A stretch of DNA of 64,000 nt, from IMG/VR virus record IMGVR_UViG_3300044568_000868, positions 120 through 64,119 of that record; one strand, written 5' to 3'. The position numbers and the translations under genes were made by a program. This DNA comes from a virus. Taxonomy: Duplodnaviria; Caudoviricetes. Shown in pieces: positions 55,823-64,000 of this stretch. Numbering within the stretch: position 1 is the first letter of the stretch; every line of letters begins with the position of its first letter. The notes under the pieces are model-generated. The model made no database searches, was not told the DNA's origin, and saw only the letters and a list, made by a program, of their open reading frames with translations.

Positions 55823-56275
55823 CTATGCGGTGTTACTTAAAAAAAGGGCTTTCTCAGCTTCTCTTCTACGTGTGAGTCCTTTATCGGGTTTACCTTTCAC
55901 TTTGTTCCAACGAAGAAACTGCGGGGCTACTAAATCCGGTGCAGTCCCTGCATTTATCATTTTTACTAAAGTGGAAGTTGTAAAATTTGCTTGACCAATA
56001 TTGTAACACAACGATACGCAAGCATCGAACTGATTTTGAGTCAGCCCTTTAGTGGTTTTATTTACCGTATCTTCATATTTAGTAAGGGTGTTAACAAATA
56101 AGTTTTCTGCTTCTGCCCTAGTAATATCAGGATCAGCTAACCTAACTCGTGTTCCTTCTAGATACATAGTCGAGCCAAAACCGATAGTAGGCACCCCAGC
56201 ACTGCACAAATAGGGGGTACTTCTAAACCCCTCAAACTCTTGTATTAACTTTCTTCCGTTGTGGCTTGTCTTCAC
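55823..56275 (-). CDS. Endolysin, GH24 lysozyme
   Basis: EFEG..PY.C.AG.PTIGFG, NQFDA, GLTRRR..E. Confidence 0.9.
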   Translation of the reverse strand: MKTSHNGRKLIQEFEGFRSTPYLCSAGVPTIGFGSTMYLEGTRVRLADPDITRAEAENLFVNTLTKYEDTVNKTTKGLTQNQFDACVSLCYNIGQANFTTSTLVKMINAGTAPDLVAPQFLRWNKVKGKPDKGLTRRREAEKALFLSNTA

Positions 56276-56439
56276 TATTTACCGTTTCTATCAGGCATAG
56301 CAAAAAGGCTCGCCGCTAAAGCAACTAATGCAGTTTGTTGGGGCTCAGCTAAATCAGGCACTCCAAAAATACTAGCTAAAGCTAACATTCCCGCCCAAGT
56401 AGTTTTTTCTTTTAACCACGCAAGTAGCCAAGCTTTCAT
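56275..56439 (-). CDS. Putative holin (54 aa, not in ORF track)
   Basis: MKAWLLAWLKEKTTWAG... two hydrophobic helices, GGAGG RBS, directly upstream of lysozyme. Confidence 0.65.
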   Translation of the reverse strand: MKAWLLAWLKEKTTWAGMLALASIFGVPDLAEPQQTALVALAASLFAMPDRNGK

Positions 56440-56597
56440 TAGACCTCCTCTGCTTCTTCTTTAGGTAATGCTTCAACTTGAGGTACAGCTTGTACTTTTA
56501 TCTTTTCCACTAACTCTGCTACTTGAGCATAAGGTGCTGGACCCAGTGCTTGTAGGATAAGGTTAATTTCTTGTACTGATAATTCTAAATTAATCAT
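56439..56597 (-). CDS. Hypothetical protein
   Basis: MINLELSVQEIN.IL.ALG..PY..V..L. Confidence 0.65.
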   Translation of the reverse strand: MINLELSVQEINLILQALGPAPYAQVAELVEKIKVQAVPQVEALPKEEAEEV

Positions 56598-56974
56598 GGT
56601 TTTGTATTTGTTTCTGTAGTTAATGGAACATCTATTGTAACCGAAGGAGTTGTCCAAGGTAAAGGTGGAGTGACTATAGTCGGGTTAATTTGCGCTTCGA
56701 TCTGGTCAGCAACAGACTTTTCATACGATGCTACTTGTTCTGCGCCTAATGCTGCTTTAGCCCAAGCAACTACTTTATCTAAAGTTAAGTCAGCATAAGG
56801 CACATAATTAGATTTAGCAGGATCAACTTCAAAAGATGCTGTACCGTAAACTGAGCCTGTGTAAGTGCCGTCTGTAGCTGTGAGTGTCCAGTGGCTTGTT
56901 ACGACATAATCAAGCATACCGTTAACATCAGGTTTGCAATTTAAGGCTACGATGTTCCAAGTGTTTGTAATCAT
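56594..56974 (-). CDS. Tail fibre-associated protein
   Basis: Follows fibre gene; PYADLT...W, PPLPW. Confidence 0.65.
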   Translation of the reverse strand: MITNTWNIVALNCKPDVNGMLDYVVTSHWTLTATDGTYTGSVYGTASFEVDPAKSNYVPYADLTLDKVVAWAKAALGAEQVASYEKSVADQIEAQINPTIVTPPLPWTTPSVTIDVPLTTETNTKP

Positions 56975-56975
56975 T

Positions 56976-58493
56976 TTATAATCCTGCTTTAGTTAGTCTT
57001 GCTGTTAATGCTTCGATGAGGGTTTGTTGCTCTTTAATTGCTTCTATAAGAACGCCAGTTAATGCACCATAATTTACTCCCAACATATCACCTGAATCTT
57101 CAACAACTTCAGGGTAAATCCTTTTAACTTCTTGAGCTATAACTCCTATTTCTTGTTGCTGAGTAGCCTTTCTCATAAAAGAAACGCCTCTTAGTTTCAA
57201 TACATTTTTAAGTGCATTGGGTAAAGTTTCAATATTGTCTTTTAATCTTTCGTCCGAACTATTAACCCATGAACCGCCAGACGAAACACAGTTTGCACTG
57301 CCAGAACGTCCTAAATACCAAAAATCAACAGAATCTTTTCTGGTAGTAAGTCCTCCTGTGGAATCTATAGCTATGGCATATTTATTAGTAACACCACTTG
57401 CTGCAAAACCTAAACCAGACCCGGCTGTACCAGAAGCACCATAAATAGTTAATTTAGAGCTTTCAACTTGTGTAGTAGTCCCCACCAGCACATTACCGGA
57501 GGAGTCGATGCGCATGCTTTCAGCACTGCCTGAGCGTCGCCATACGTGATTAAAACTACTATCTATATAATATAACAGATTTTCAGAAGCTACTGAATCT
57601 ACAGCACCTGTACATGCAGGTGCGCCAAATACTTGAAGATAGTATGAACCCCCTCCCGTAAGAATACTCCCTGATAGCCATCCAGTAGTTCCTAACGGAT
57701 AACGCCAATTGGCAACACCTCCGACAGCATAGTATCCAAGGTTTTGATATATGCCAGTTGCACCAATACTTTGATATGTTCCTAGTTGAAGTTTTTGCCC
57801 AGAATTAACATTCGGTGTACACCCAATCCCCACGTTGCCGGAAGCATCTTTATATAACTGACCTGAACCTATGTTCAGTATTCCTGTAGAGCCTGTGAGT
57901 GTGCCTGTGTATTCTAAGGTAGTAAATTTACCTGCAGCTGCTGTAGTACCACCTATGGCTGGTGGTGAAGCTAAATACGTAGAAAAGCCAGTGCCAGATA
58001 CCGTAGAGGACGCACTAAGAGTTGTAAACGCCCCAGTACTAGCAGTTGTTGCACCTATTGTAGTTCCGTTAATAGAGCCACTAGTAATAGCTACAGAGTT
58101 AATAGCCTCAACAAAGTTTGTACCGTCACAATATATTAATTTTTTAGCACCCACACTTAAAGACACTCCAGTACCACCGGAAGCTATAAAGCTAAGAGCC
58201 GCATTTGAGTTGTTGTAAACAATATAAACTTTATTAACCGCAGGTGCCGTAATAGTGCGTGTTACACCCGGAGTTCCTGTCGCTACAATAATCATCTGAC
58301 GGGACTGATCTGAAGCGCCATTTAAAGATGTAAGAGTAACATTGCCCGCAGTTACATCAACAGATACTAAACCAGATATGGCTTGTTCAATTAAAGTGCC
58401 TAGGTTAGTATTGGTTGTAGTACCCCATGTATTGGACTGCTCGCCATTACCAATAAGCTCGATACGTAAATTAGGTGAATAGGTTGATGCCAT
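56976..58493 (-). CDS. Tail fibre with C-terminal intramolecular chaperone (peptidase S74)
   Basis: MRIDSSGNV repeats; SDERLKDNI, GVIAQEV, LIEAIKEQ. Confidence 0.88.
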   Translation of the reverse strand: MASTYSPNLRIELIGNGEQSNTWGTTTNTNLGTLIEQAISGLVSVDVTAGNVTLTSLNGASDQSRQMIIVATGTPGVTRTITAPAVNKVYIVYNNSNAALSFIASGGTGVSLSVGAKKLIYCDGTNFVEAINSVAITSGSINGTTIGATTASTGAFTTLSASSTVSGTGFSTYLASPPAIGGTTAAAGKFTTLEYTGTLTGSTGILNIGSGQLYKDASGNVGIGCTPNVNSGQKLQLGTYQSIGATGIYQNLGYYAVGGVANWRYPLGTTGWLSGSILTGGGSYYLQVFGAPACTGAVDSVASENLLYYIDSSFNHVWRRSGSAESMRIDSSGNVLVGTTTQVESSKLTIYGASGTAGSGLGFAASGVTNKYAIAIDSTGGLTTRKDSVDFWYLGRSGSANCVSSGGSWVNSSDERLKDNIETLPNALKNVLKLRGVSFMRKATQQQEIGVIAQEVKRIYPEVVEDSGDMLGVNYGALTGVLIEAIKEQQTLIEALTARLTKAGL

Positions 58494-58534
58494 TGGGTTT
58501 TATCCTCAAAAATTGTGTGCTATGTATACCATTT

Positions 58535-59374
58535 TTAATGGGGTATGTCAATCCAATCTGGATTTTGTACGGTGTTTACTTGAGACCAAGCGGGGGTTTG
58601 GTTTGTGCCTATATTTACCCAGCTTGGGCTCTGCGTTGTGTTTACTACACTCCATGTTACAGGAGTGGTGCTATTGATCTGCTGCCAATTAGGTGTTTGG
58701 TCTGGGTTAACGGGAAACCAGAATTTTGGAGCATTTAGAGTTAGGTTTAGGTTTTGCCCTATTATATTAGGTGCTACAGATAGTTGTGGATCTACACTAT
58801 TTTCTAAAAGCGTTAAGCTTTGCCCTGTAACAAAAACACTATTAACTGATATTACGTCTACTAAGGACTCTGTAAGAACAAGCCCTTGGCCTGTAACAAG
58901 CATTGCCGCGTCTAATGCTAAATCTATTGGCGACTCAGTAAGGGTTAGATTTTGTCCTGTAACAGATAAGCTTTGCCCTACGTTTAAGGATATAGAGTTT
59001 TCTGTAAGCGTTAAGCTTTGGCCTGTAACAAAAATACTATTAACAGAAATTATACTTACATAGTTTTCCGTTAAATTTAGATTCTGTCCTGTGACAGATA
59101 GAGTTGCCTCCAAAGAAAGGGATACGGATCTCTCAGTAAGTGTTAAATTTTGTCCTGTAACAGATAAGCTTTGACCCGTACTTAGAGCTACCGAGTTTTC
59201 TGTAAGAGTAAGGTTTTGTCCTGTAACCGAGGGTGTTGCACCTGCAGTTGTAGTTACTGATGTTTCTGTAAGCGTTAGAGGAGAGAAAAAAGTAGTCGGG
59301 GTAGGCGTATTCCACGCCTCAACTCCCCATGCACCTCCAGACCAACCTCTTATGCCTACAGAAACATCAGCCAT
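58535..59374 (-). CDS. Repeat-rich structural protein
   Basis: About 9 tandem 20-aa VTGQ.L.LTE.S repeats and 11-aa Trp repeats. Confidence 0.75.
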   Translation of the reverse strand: MADVSVGIRGWSGGAWGVEAWNTPTPTTFFSPLTLTETSVTTTAGATPSVTGQNLTLTENSVALSTGQSLSVTGQNLTLTERSVSLSLEATLSVTGQNLNLTENYVSIISVNSIFVTGQSLTLTENSISLNVGQSLSVTGQNLTLTESPIDLALDAAMLVTGQGLVLTESLVDVISVNSVFVTGQSLTLLENSVDPQLSVAPNIIGQNLNLTLNAPKFWFPVNPDQTPNWQQINSTTPVTWSVVNTTQSPSWVNIGTNQTPAWSQVNTVQNPDWIDIPH

Positions 59375-59381
59375 GTCTCTA

Positions 59382-59813
59382 TCAGTTTAGTATTAATACA
59401 GCGGTAGTAGTAGTAGGCGCAGGGAATACCACCGTAAATGCACCGTTAGTTGATGTAAAAGTACCGCCAAAATCTAAAATACATACTGCTTTATTTGAGT
59501 TAGTTGAATTGTATATCAACGCCCCAGCTGCAGAGATAGTAGAGCTCGCCCAAGTAGAATCAGCAAAATCAATATAAGCTGTAGTACCTGACAAAGTTAT
59601 GCTCTGGCTTGTTAAAGTGTTTCCTCCAGCAGTATAGTTACCTGTGCTTGGGCATTCTCCAGACGTAGTGTAGGCAGTTGTACTTGAGTTTAAAGTAGCA
59701 GATGATGTGTATAATGCTATTTTAAAAGTGTCGCCAGTAGACGCAGTGAAGTTCTGCAATCCCCCTAAAAGCTCTGATTTAAAAGTCGATGCGATTGCTT
59801 GAGTTATAGCCAT
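59382..59813 (-). CDS. Tail/structural protein
   Basis: FK.ELL, FKIALYT, GALIYN, LDFGG. Confidence 0.7.
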   Translation of the reverse strand: MAITQAIASTFKSELLGGLQNFTASTGDTFKIALYTSSATLNSSTTAYTTSGECPSTGNYTAGGNTLTSQSITLSGTTAYIDFADSTWASSTISAAGALIYNSTNSNKAVCILDFGGTFTSTNGAFTVVFPAPTTTTAVLILN

Positions 59814-59918
59814 TAGTCTTCCTCGGTTTCTACAGCCTCTTCAGGCTCATTATTTTCTGTTATTATGCTTACGCTATTAAGCACAGAGGCAATGGGGTTT
59901 TTATTTTCTTCACTCATA

Positions 59919-60599
59919 TTAATTTACCTTATCTCGTACTTGTGTAGTTCTATAAGAATCTTGACGGTTTTTACCATCACCCAACTGTTTAAGCTCAGCC
60001 ATAACTTGGTCAAATTTAGTTTGGTATGTTTGGATTAATTCTTGCTCGCCTTTTAAGAATATATAGGCTTCTACTAAAGACCCCCAAAGCAATGCATTAG
60101 GAAATTCAAGACTCAGCCAAGTTGTACCCGATGGAGCCTCTGTAATAGATTGCGGGTAGGCGTAGTAATGCATTTCAACTGTATAGTTAGAGTCTGGAGT
60201 AGGCCCTACTATAAGGGCAGTATTATCAAATAAACTATAATATTTAGGTATCCCTGTAGATACAGGGTAAGGATACGCTTCTCTAATATAGTTTACGTCT
60301 TTATTTAATAAATACTGGTAGGTTGCTGTTGGGGTTACGTTAACTATAGTATTAGGTACAACAGCTAAAGAGAATATAGATAAAAAGTCTGTAGGTAGCT
60401 CTATATACTGGAATCCAGAAGTAAAAGTACCTGTTACATTTTTACGAAACGCGGGTAGTTGCACCGAGTTATTTATTAGTAACTCAGTGTGTTGAATGAA
60501 GTTGTCAATGTTTGCTACAAATGTAGGCTCTGCTCCGTCACCGACATACTCCACCATAAGGTATTGTTGTATAGCAGTTGTCAACTCATCATACGTCAT
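59919..60599 (-). CDS. Head-tail adaptor / tail tubular protein
   Basis: G.PKYY, GPTPD..Y.VE.HY, TWLS...LL.GSLVEA. Confidence 0.65.
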   Translation of the reverse strand: MTYDELTTAIQQYLMVEYVGDGAEPTFVANIDNFIQHTELLINNSVQLPAFRKNVTGTFTSGFQYIELPTDFLSIFSLAVVPNTIVNVTPTATYQYLLNKDVNYIREAYPYPVSTGIPKYYSLFDNTALIVGPTPDSNYTVEMHYYAYPQSITEAPSGTTWLSLEFPNALLWGSLVEAYIFLKGEQELIQTYQTKFDQVMAELKQLGDGKNRQDSYRTTQVRDKVN

Positions 60600-60602
60600 A
60601 GC

Positions 60603-60770
60603 TTAGCCCATTTTACTAGAAGCCATAGTGCCTTTAGTAGCCGCACCAGTACCACGTACTTTCACTGTCTTTTTGTTTTCGATTTGCACAGGGTATCCGT
60701 TACCTACAGGAGTGGGTACAGATTTAACGCCTTTATACTCAGCAGATCCTTCAATATGTTGCTTAGCCAT
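60603..60770 (-). CDS. Small basic protein (55 aa, not in ORF track)
   Basis: MAKQHIEG...VKVRGTGAATKGTMASSKMG. Confidence 0.65.
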   Translation of the reverse strand: MAKQHIEGSAEYKGVKSVPTPVGNGYPVQIENKKTVKVRGTGAATKGTMASSKMG

Positions 60771-61000
60771 TATCGACCTCTACCTGAACTTTTTTGATTC
60801 ATAGCACGAGCTACATTACGACCCATCTTCTTAGCATCCATAGATGTAATGCCGCCTTTTTTAAGACCCTTCATAGATTTTTGTTTGTCATGCTTAGCGT
60901 CTTTTGGGCTTTTCTCCCAGTCAGACATAGACATCTTGTTTTTCTTTGCAAGGACTTTGTCTTCTTTAACGTCTTTAGCTGAACCTTCAAAACTAGCCAT
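60770..61000 (-). CDS. Small Lys-rich protein with GG motif
   Basis: GAGGT RBS before ATG 61000; LKKGG; ends SSGRGR. Confidence 0.7.
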   Translation of the reverse strand: MASFEGSAKDVKEDKVLAKKNKMSMSDWEKSPKDAKHDKQKSMKGLKKGGITSMDAKKMGRNVARAMNQKSSGRGR

Positions 61001-61008
61001 AGTATACC

Positions 61009-61344
61009 TCAAGTAATCGTAATAAACACATCATTCAATGTGGTAGTAATAGTCTGTGTCGCCACAGGGTTAAAAGCAAATAAACCTCTAGAAGCGTTTA
61101 AGTTTACATCCGGTCTAGGGTTTTGTAGAGCCTGTGGATCATTTGCTACCTTTTGGGCACCTATTATACCAACCCAGTTTTGTGGGTGGTCACCACCAAC
61201 TTTGTCCATACACTCTGGACATACCCGCATATTTATCCGTTTACCTATAATAACATAGGTGTGCAGTTTCTTTAATGCGTATCTAAACCCGCAACGATCG
61301 CAAAACGCATGGGCTATCTTTTCTCCAGCAAATTTAGTACCCAT
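61009..61344 (-). CDS. Zn-finger hypothetical protein
   Basis: CDRCGFRY...VCPEC..HPQ, DPQAL.NPRPD. Confidence 0.7.
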   Translation of the reverse strand: MGTKFAGEKIAHAFCDRCGFRYALKKLHTYVIIGKRINMRVCPECMDKVGGDHPQNWVGIIGAQKVANDPQALQNPRPDVNLNASRGLFAFNPVATQTITTTLNDVFITIT

Positions 61345-61939
61345 TTAAATCTTCCACATAAGTAGGGTATCGTCTGATATATTCAGTTTTCCAATCATCG
61401 CCATATGCACGTTTCATATTGCTAATACGTCCTGCTTTTTTCCTGTTTTCTACTTGTTCAGGAGTACATTTATAGCCTTTATTATAGGCTTTGCCCTTAC
61501 GTGCGGCTATAGCTCTTTCCCTATACTCAGGATTAGCCCAGAGAGTTTTGGTTCGTTCTGATCTACTTTTTAATTCTATGTCTGAATATGTAACCACCCC
61601 ATTTTTATTATTATAATGGTTTATGGTGTCTCCCAGTATAGAAATGCACTGCTCTTCATACATTAATAGGTCTTTCTCTGCACATAATACTAATACGGTT
61701 ACGTCAAATCCAACAGGCCCTAACACATTATATGTAGACTTAAACCTTTCATATAGGCTTAAGTGCTTGCCCCTAGTCGTCTTTAGCTCTGAAAAATGTT
61801 GCATCGCTCTACGCTTTATATTAACTGAGCTCCCTATATACCTATGCCCTAGCGCCTTATCCGTAATCATATACACCCCACTACTACAGGGTAAATCTAA
61901 ATGCGAGATGGAGTTTTCTGTAAATTGATTAGCACCCAT
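61334..61939 (-). CDS. Free-standing GIY-YIG homing endonuclease
   Basis: SGVYMI...YIGSS.NI.RR..H; AGGAGG before ATG 61939. Confidence 0.85.
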   Translation of the reverse strand: MGANQFTENSISHLDLPCSSGVYMITDKALGHRYIGSSVNIKRRAMQHFSELKTTRGKHLSLYERFKSTYNVLGPVGFDVTVLVLCAEKDLLMYEEQCISILGDTINHYNNKNGVVTYSDIELKSRSERTKTLWANPEYRERAIAARKGKAYNKGYKCTPEQVENRKKAGRISNMKRAYGDDWKTEYIRRYPTYVEDLNGY

Positions 61940-62005
61940 ATAACCTCCTAAATTAAAGAGATTATAGTTTACCACATCAATCACACTATTGTCCACATCA
62001 ATCAC

Positions 62006-62710
62006 TTACCAGCCTCCGCCGCCTACACTGCCTATATTAGGTACAAATCTAAAAGACACTCGTTGACGATCTTCATCAGCCGCCAGTTCAAAAGCCTCAT
62101 CATAGAGTTGTTTAAGCATAGGGATTTTATTTTCTGCTTCTGGTGTTTTAAGAGCCAAGTTGTAGGCTAATCCAGCAGTCATAGCTTCTAAGAATCTAAA
62201 AGGGATATCAAGCGTATTTACTCCGGCTTGCCCTGCATCTTGCATTCTACGTAAACGCCAATAAACTAAAGTGTACCCAGTTTGACTAGGTAAAGGCCAT
62301 ATCTTAGCTGTAGGTGTAGGAGTCTGCCTATCAACAAATACCTGTATAGGTCTGCCCTGAGTTAGCTTATTTGGTATTGTTGCGTATGTAGAAACACTTA
62401 TACGCGCTATCTGTAGGTCTACTTGATTAGAAGTACTACCGGGGTTTTGACGTATCACAGTCTCTATTAAATCAACAGTATCATCAGGCAAATCATACGT
62501 ACCGACCCCTACTAACAAAGGGATATCGCCTTGTTCAATAGTCCATAGGTTCAAGCCTTTATTAGCCCAAGAAGCCAACAAGTAATTTAAAGACCTTCTA
62601 GCTGTTCTAAATTGATAGCCTGTACGAATCTCAACACCTACACGTTCGTATGCTTCTTCTATTATCTCAGCTATGTCTGGATTAAATGTAGTAAGACCTG
62701 AAGTGCTCAT
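62006..62710 (-). CDS. Head-tail connector protein
   Basis: IEEAYER, ARRSLN...W.N.GLNLW, GRP, WP.P, PFRF. Confidence 0.65.
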   Translation of the reverse strand: MSTSGLTTFNPDIAEIIEEAYERVGVEIRTGYQFRTARRSLNYLLASWANKGLNLWTIEQGDIPLLVGVGTYDLPDDTVDLIETVIRQNPGSTSNQVDLQIARISVSTYATIPNKLTQGRPIQVFVDRQTPTPTAKIWPLPSQTGYTLVYWRLRRMQDAGQAGVNTLDIPFRFLEAMTAGLAYNLALKTPEAENKIPMLKQLYDEAFELAADEDRQRVSFRFVPNIGSVGGGGW

Positions 62711-62715
62711 GGTTT

Positions 62716-62997
62716 TTAAGCCCAGAAAGCAGTGATTGCATCTACATTAGATAACTGAACATATATACTAGTAGGGAATAAAACGCCTTCACCGGGAACC
62801 GATACATAAATAGTAAATGTGTCGCTAGTACCTACATCTAATTCTACAAGAATCGTACCTGATGCGCTGCCGTCTCTAACCCTAACATACCCTGCTGTAC
62901 CGTTTCCACGGTAAGAAATAGACTTTAATCTAGCTCTATCAGTAGTTACCGCACCACTTGATGCCCTATGGGTAGAATTTACATCTGTCTGTTGCAT
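62716..62997 (-). CDS. Small structural protein
   Basis: Beta-rich; PGEGVLF. Confidence 0.6.
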   Translation of the reverse strand: MQQTDVNSTHRASSGAVTTDRARLKSISYRGNGTAGYVRVRDGSASGTILVELDVGTSDTFTIYVSVPGEGVLFPTSIYVQLSNVDAITAFWA

Positions 62998-63003
62998 GAT
63001 CTT

Positions 63004-63438
63004 TTACCTTTGTTGTGGTCGTTGTACGGGCACCGAAGTAGGATTGCCCTGAATTTGTAGTCCTTGTTGAGGCATATACTGAGACAGACTTGGTGGTTGT
63101 CCTTGCAATGGAGATTGCATTTGAGTCACTGGTTGCCCACCTATTCCCGCATCACTACTGCTATTATCATACCCCATATTGTTACTTGGAGACACCCCGC
63201 CCATATCAGGACTAGGAGCACTTTGTACAGGTGGGAGGGTGTTAGACATAGCCGTAGGCGCTGCACTAGGTTGGTTAGGTTGCCCTTGTTGTGGGTAACT
63301 CATAAAATTGGAATTAGGAGAGGCAAAGTTATTGTACGCACTCTGAGTATTAAACTGTGGTGTTGGGTTCGCCTGTTGGTTCCCAAACCCTTGACCTATA
63401 ATTCCACCATCTGCGTAGCCTTGTCCTCCCCCAGCCAT
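63004..63438 (-). CDS. Low-complexity Q/P/S-rich protein with N-terminal GG motif
   Basis: YADGGII; coupled to upstream ORF. Confidence 0.6.
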   Translation of the reverse strand: MAGGGQGYADGGIIGQGFGNQQANPTPQFNTQSAYNNFASPNSNFMSYPQQGQPNQPSAAPTAMSNTLPPVQSAPSPDMGGVSPSNNMGYDNSSSDAGIGGQPVTQMQSPLQGQPPSLSQYMPQQGLQIQGNPTSVPVQRPQQR

Positions 63439-64000
63439 TAGTATATCCTTCCTTTAGTGTGGCCCTTAGTAGCACAGCCATCACCTCTTGAAGAAGCTGA
63501 TGACTTAACAGAACCGCCTTTAGCAAAAGCTTTCATTGGTTTAGCCTTAACTTTACCGCCTTTTTTCATATGTCCTGTTTTTAAATATGATGCTGTAGCG
63601 GGGTCTCTATTTGTTTTTACCCAGTCTTCATATGCCGCCATTCTAGCATCTTTACTAGTTTGTGACTCACCTTTAGAAGCTCCTGTTTTAGAAGATCCTG
63701 TTTTGGTAGTTGGAGCTTTAGCTACTGGAGCTTTAGCTACTGGAGCTTTAGGTTCTGGAGTTTTGGGGGTGTCTGATTTTTTATCCTCCCAATCTTCAGA
63801 CGGGTTTTTCATTCCAAAATCTTTTGGGATATCATACCCTGTTAGCTTTAGTCCTGAGTAAGGAGCTGGACGATCTTTTCCTTTAAAGTCACTGCCTTCA
63901 CCTGCATTTTTAGAATACAGTGCAGCTCCAAGTCCTAGTCCTGCTCTACTTAAGTTAGATACTCTACTAGCTTTACTCGCTAAACTTTCTGCAGGTCCCG
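63438..64000 (-). CDS. Basic protein with GG motifs, C-terminal part (open to right edge)
   Basis: Frame stays open upstream of ATG 63812 to the window end; KAPVA repeats, MKKGG, FAKGG, RGDGCATKGHTKGRIY. Confidence 0.7.
   Translation of the reverse strand, partial: GPAESLASKASRVSNLSRAGLGLGAALYSKNAGEGSDFKGKDRPAPYSGLKLTGYDIPKDFGMKNPSEDWEDKKSDTPKTPEPKAPVAKAPVAKAPTTKTGSSKTGASKGESQTSKDARMAAYEDWVKTNRDPATASYLKTGHMKKGGKVKAKPMKAFAKGGSVKSSASSRGDGCATKGHTKGRIY

Noticed and set aside
58700-59290. Regularly spaced repeats resembling a CRISPR array
   Set aside because: Degenerate 60-bp in-frame coding repeats with no unique spacers and no cas operon
38420-59577. Numerous plus-strand ORFs opposite structural genes
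   Set aside because: Antisense shadows of Gly/Ala/Thr-rich genes with no independent signals
61334-62005. Group I intron around the GIY-YIG gene
   Set aside because: Flanking genes look intact; no room for, or sign of, intron core elements
1-64000. tRNA genes, integrase, reverse transcriptase/DGR, stop-codon reassignment
   Set aside because: None recognised by eye; long genes are intact in the standard code

Overview
Near-complete genome (slightly over 64 kb, circularly permuted) of a tailed dsDNA phage (Caudoviricetes, podovirus-like virion module). A minus-strand late arm (13.4 kb leftward, wrapping through the window edge to 37.8 kb) encodes TerS, TerL, portal, GroES, scaffold, major capsid, head-tail and tail proteins, a tail fibre with an S74 chaperone, holin/endolysin, internal/ejection proteins and a 2513-aa polyvalent protein. 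A plus-strand early/replication arm (13.8-37.7 kb) encodes many small ORFs, two C5-cytosine methyltransferase-like genes, VRR-NUC, family A DNA polymerase, PD-(D/E)XK nuclease, SNF2 helicase and a DUF927 primase-helicase. No tRNA, CRISPR array or integrase was seen. Best signals: (1) a 303-aa TerL intein with no recognisable in-frame endonuclease, but with a complete EndoVII-type homing endonuclease, with its own RBS, overprinted in another frame; (2) a C5 methyltransferase whose motif IX is in an overprinted second ORF (M.EcoHK31I-like); (3) a recurrent x-[AK]-x-GG peptide tag in at least 9 virion-module ORFs, next to SET and GNAT-like genes; (4) three candidate structured RNAs. All family assignments come from motif recognition by eye; no searches were run.
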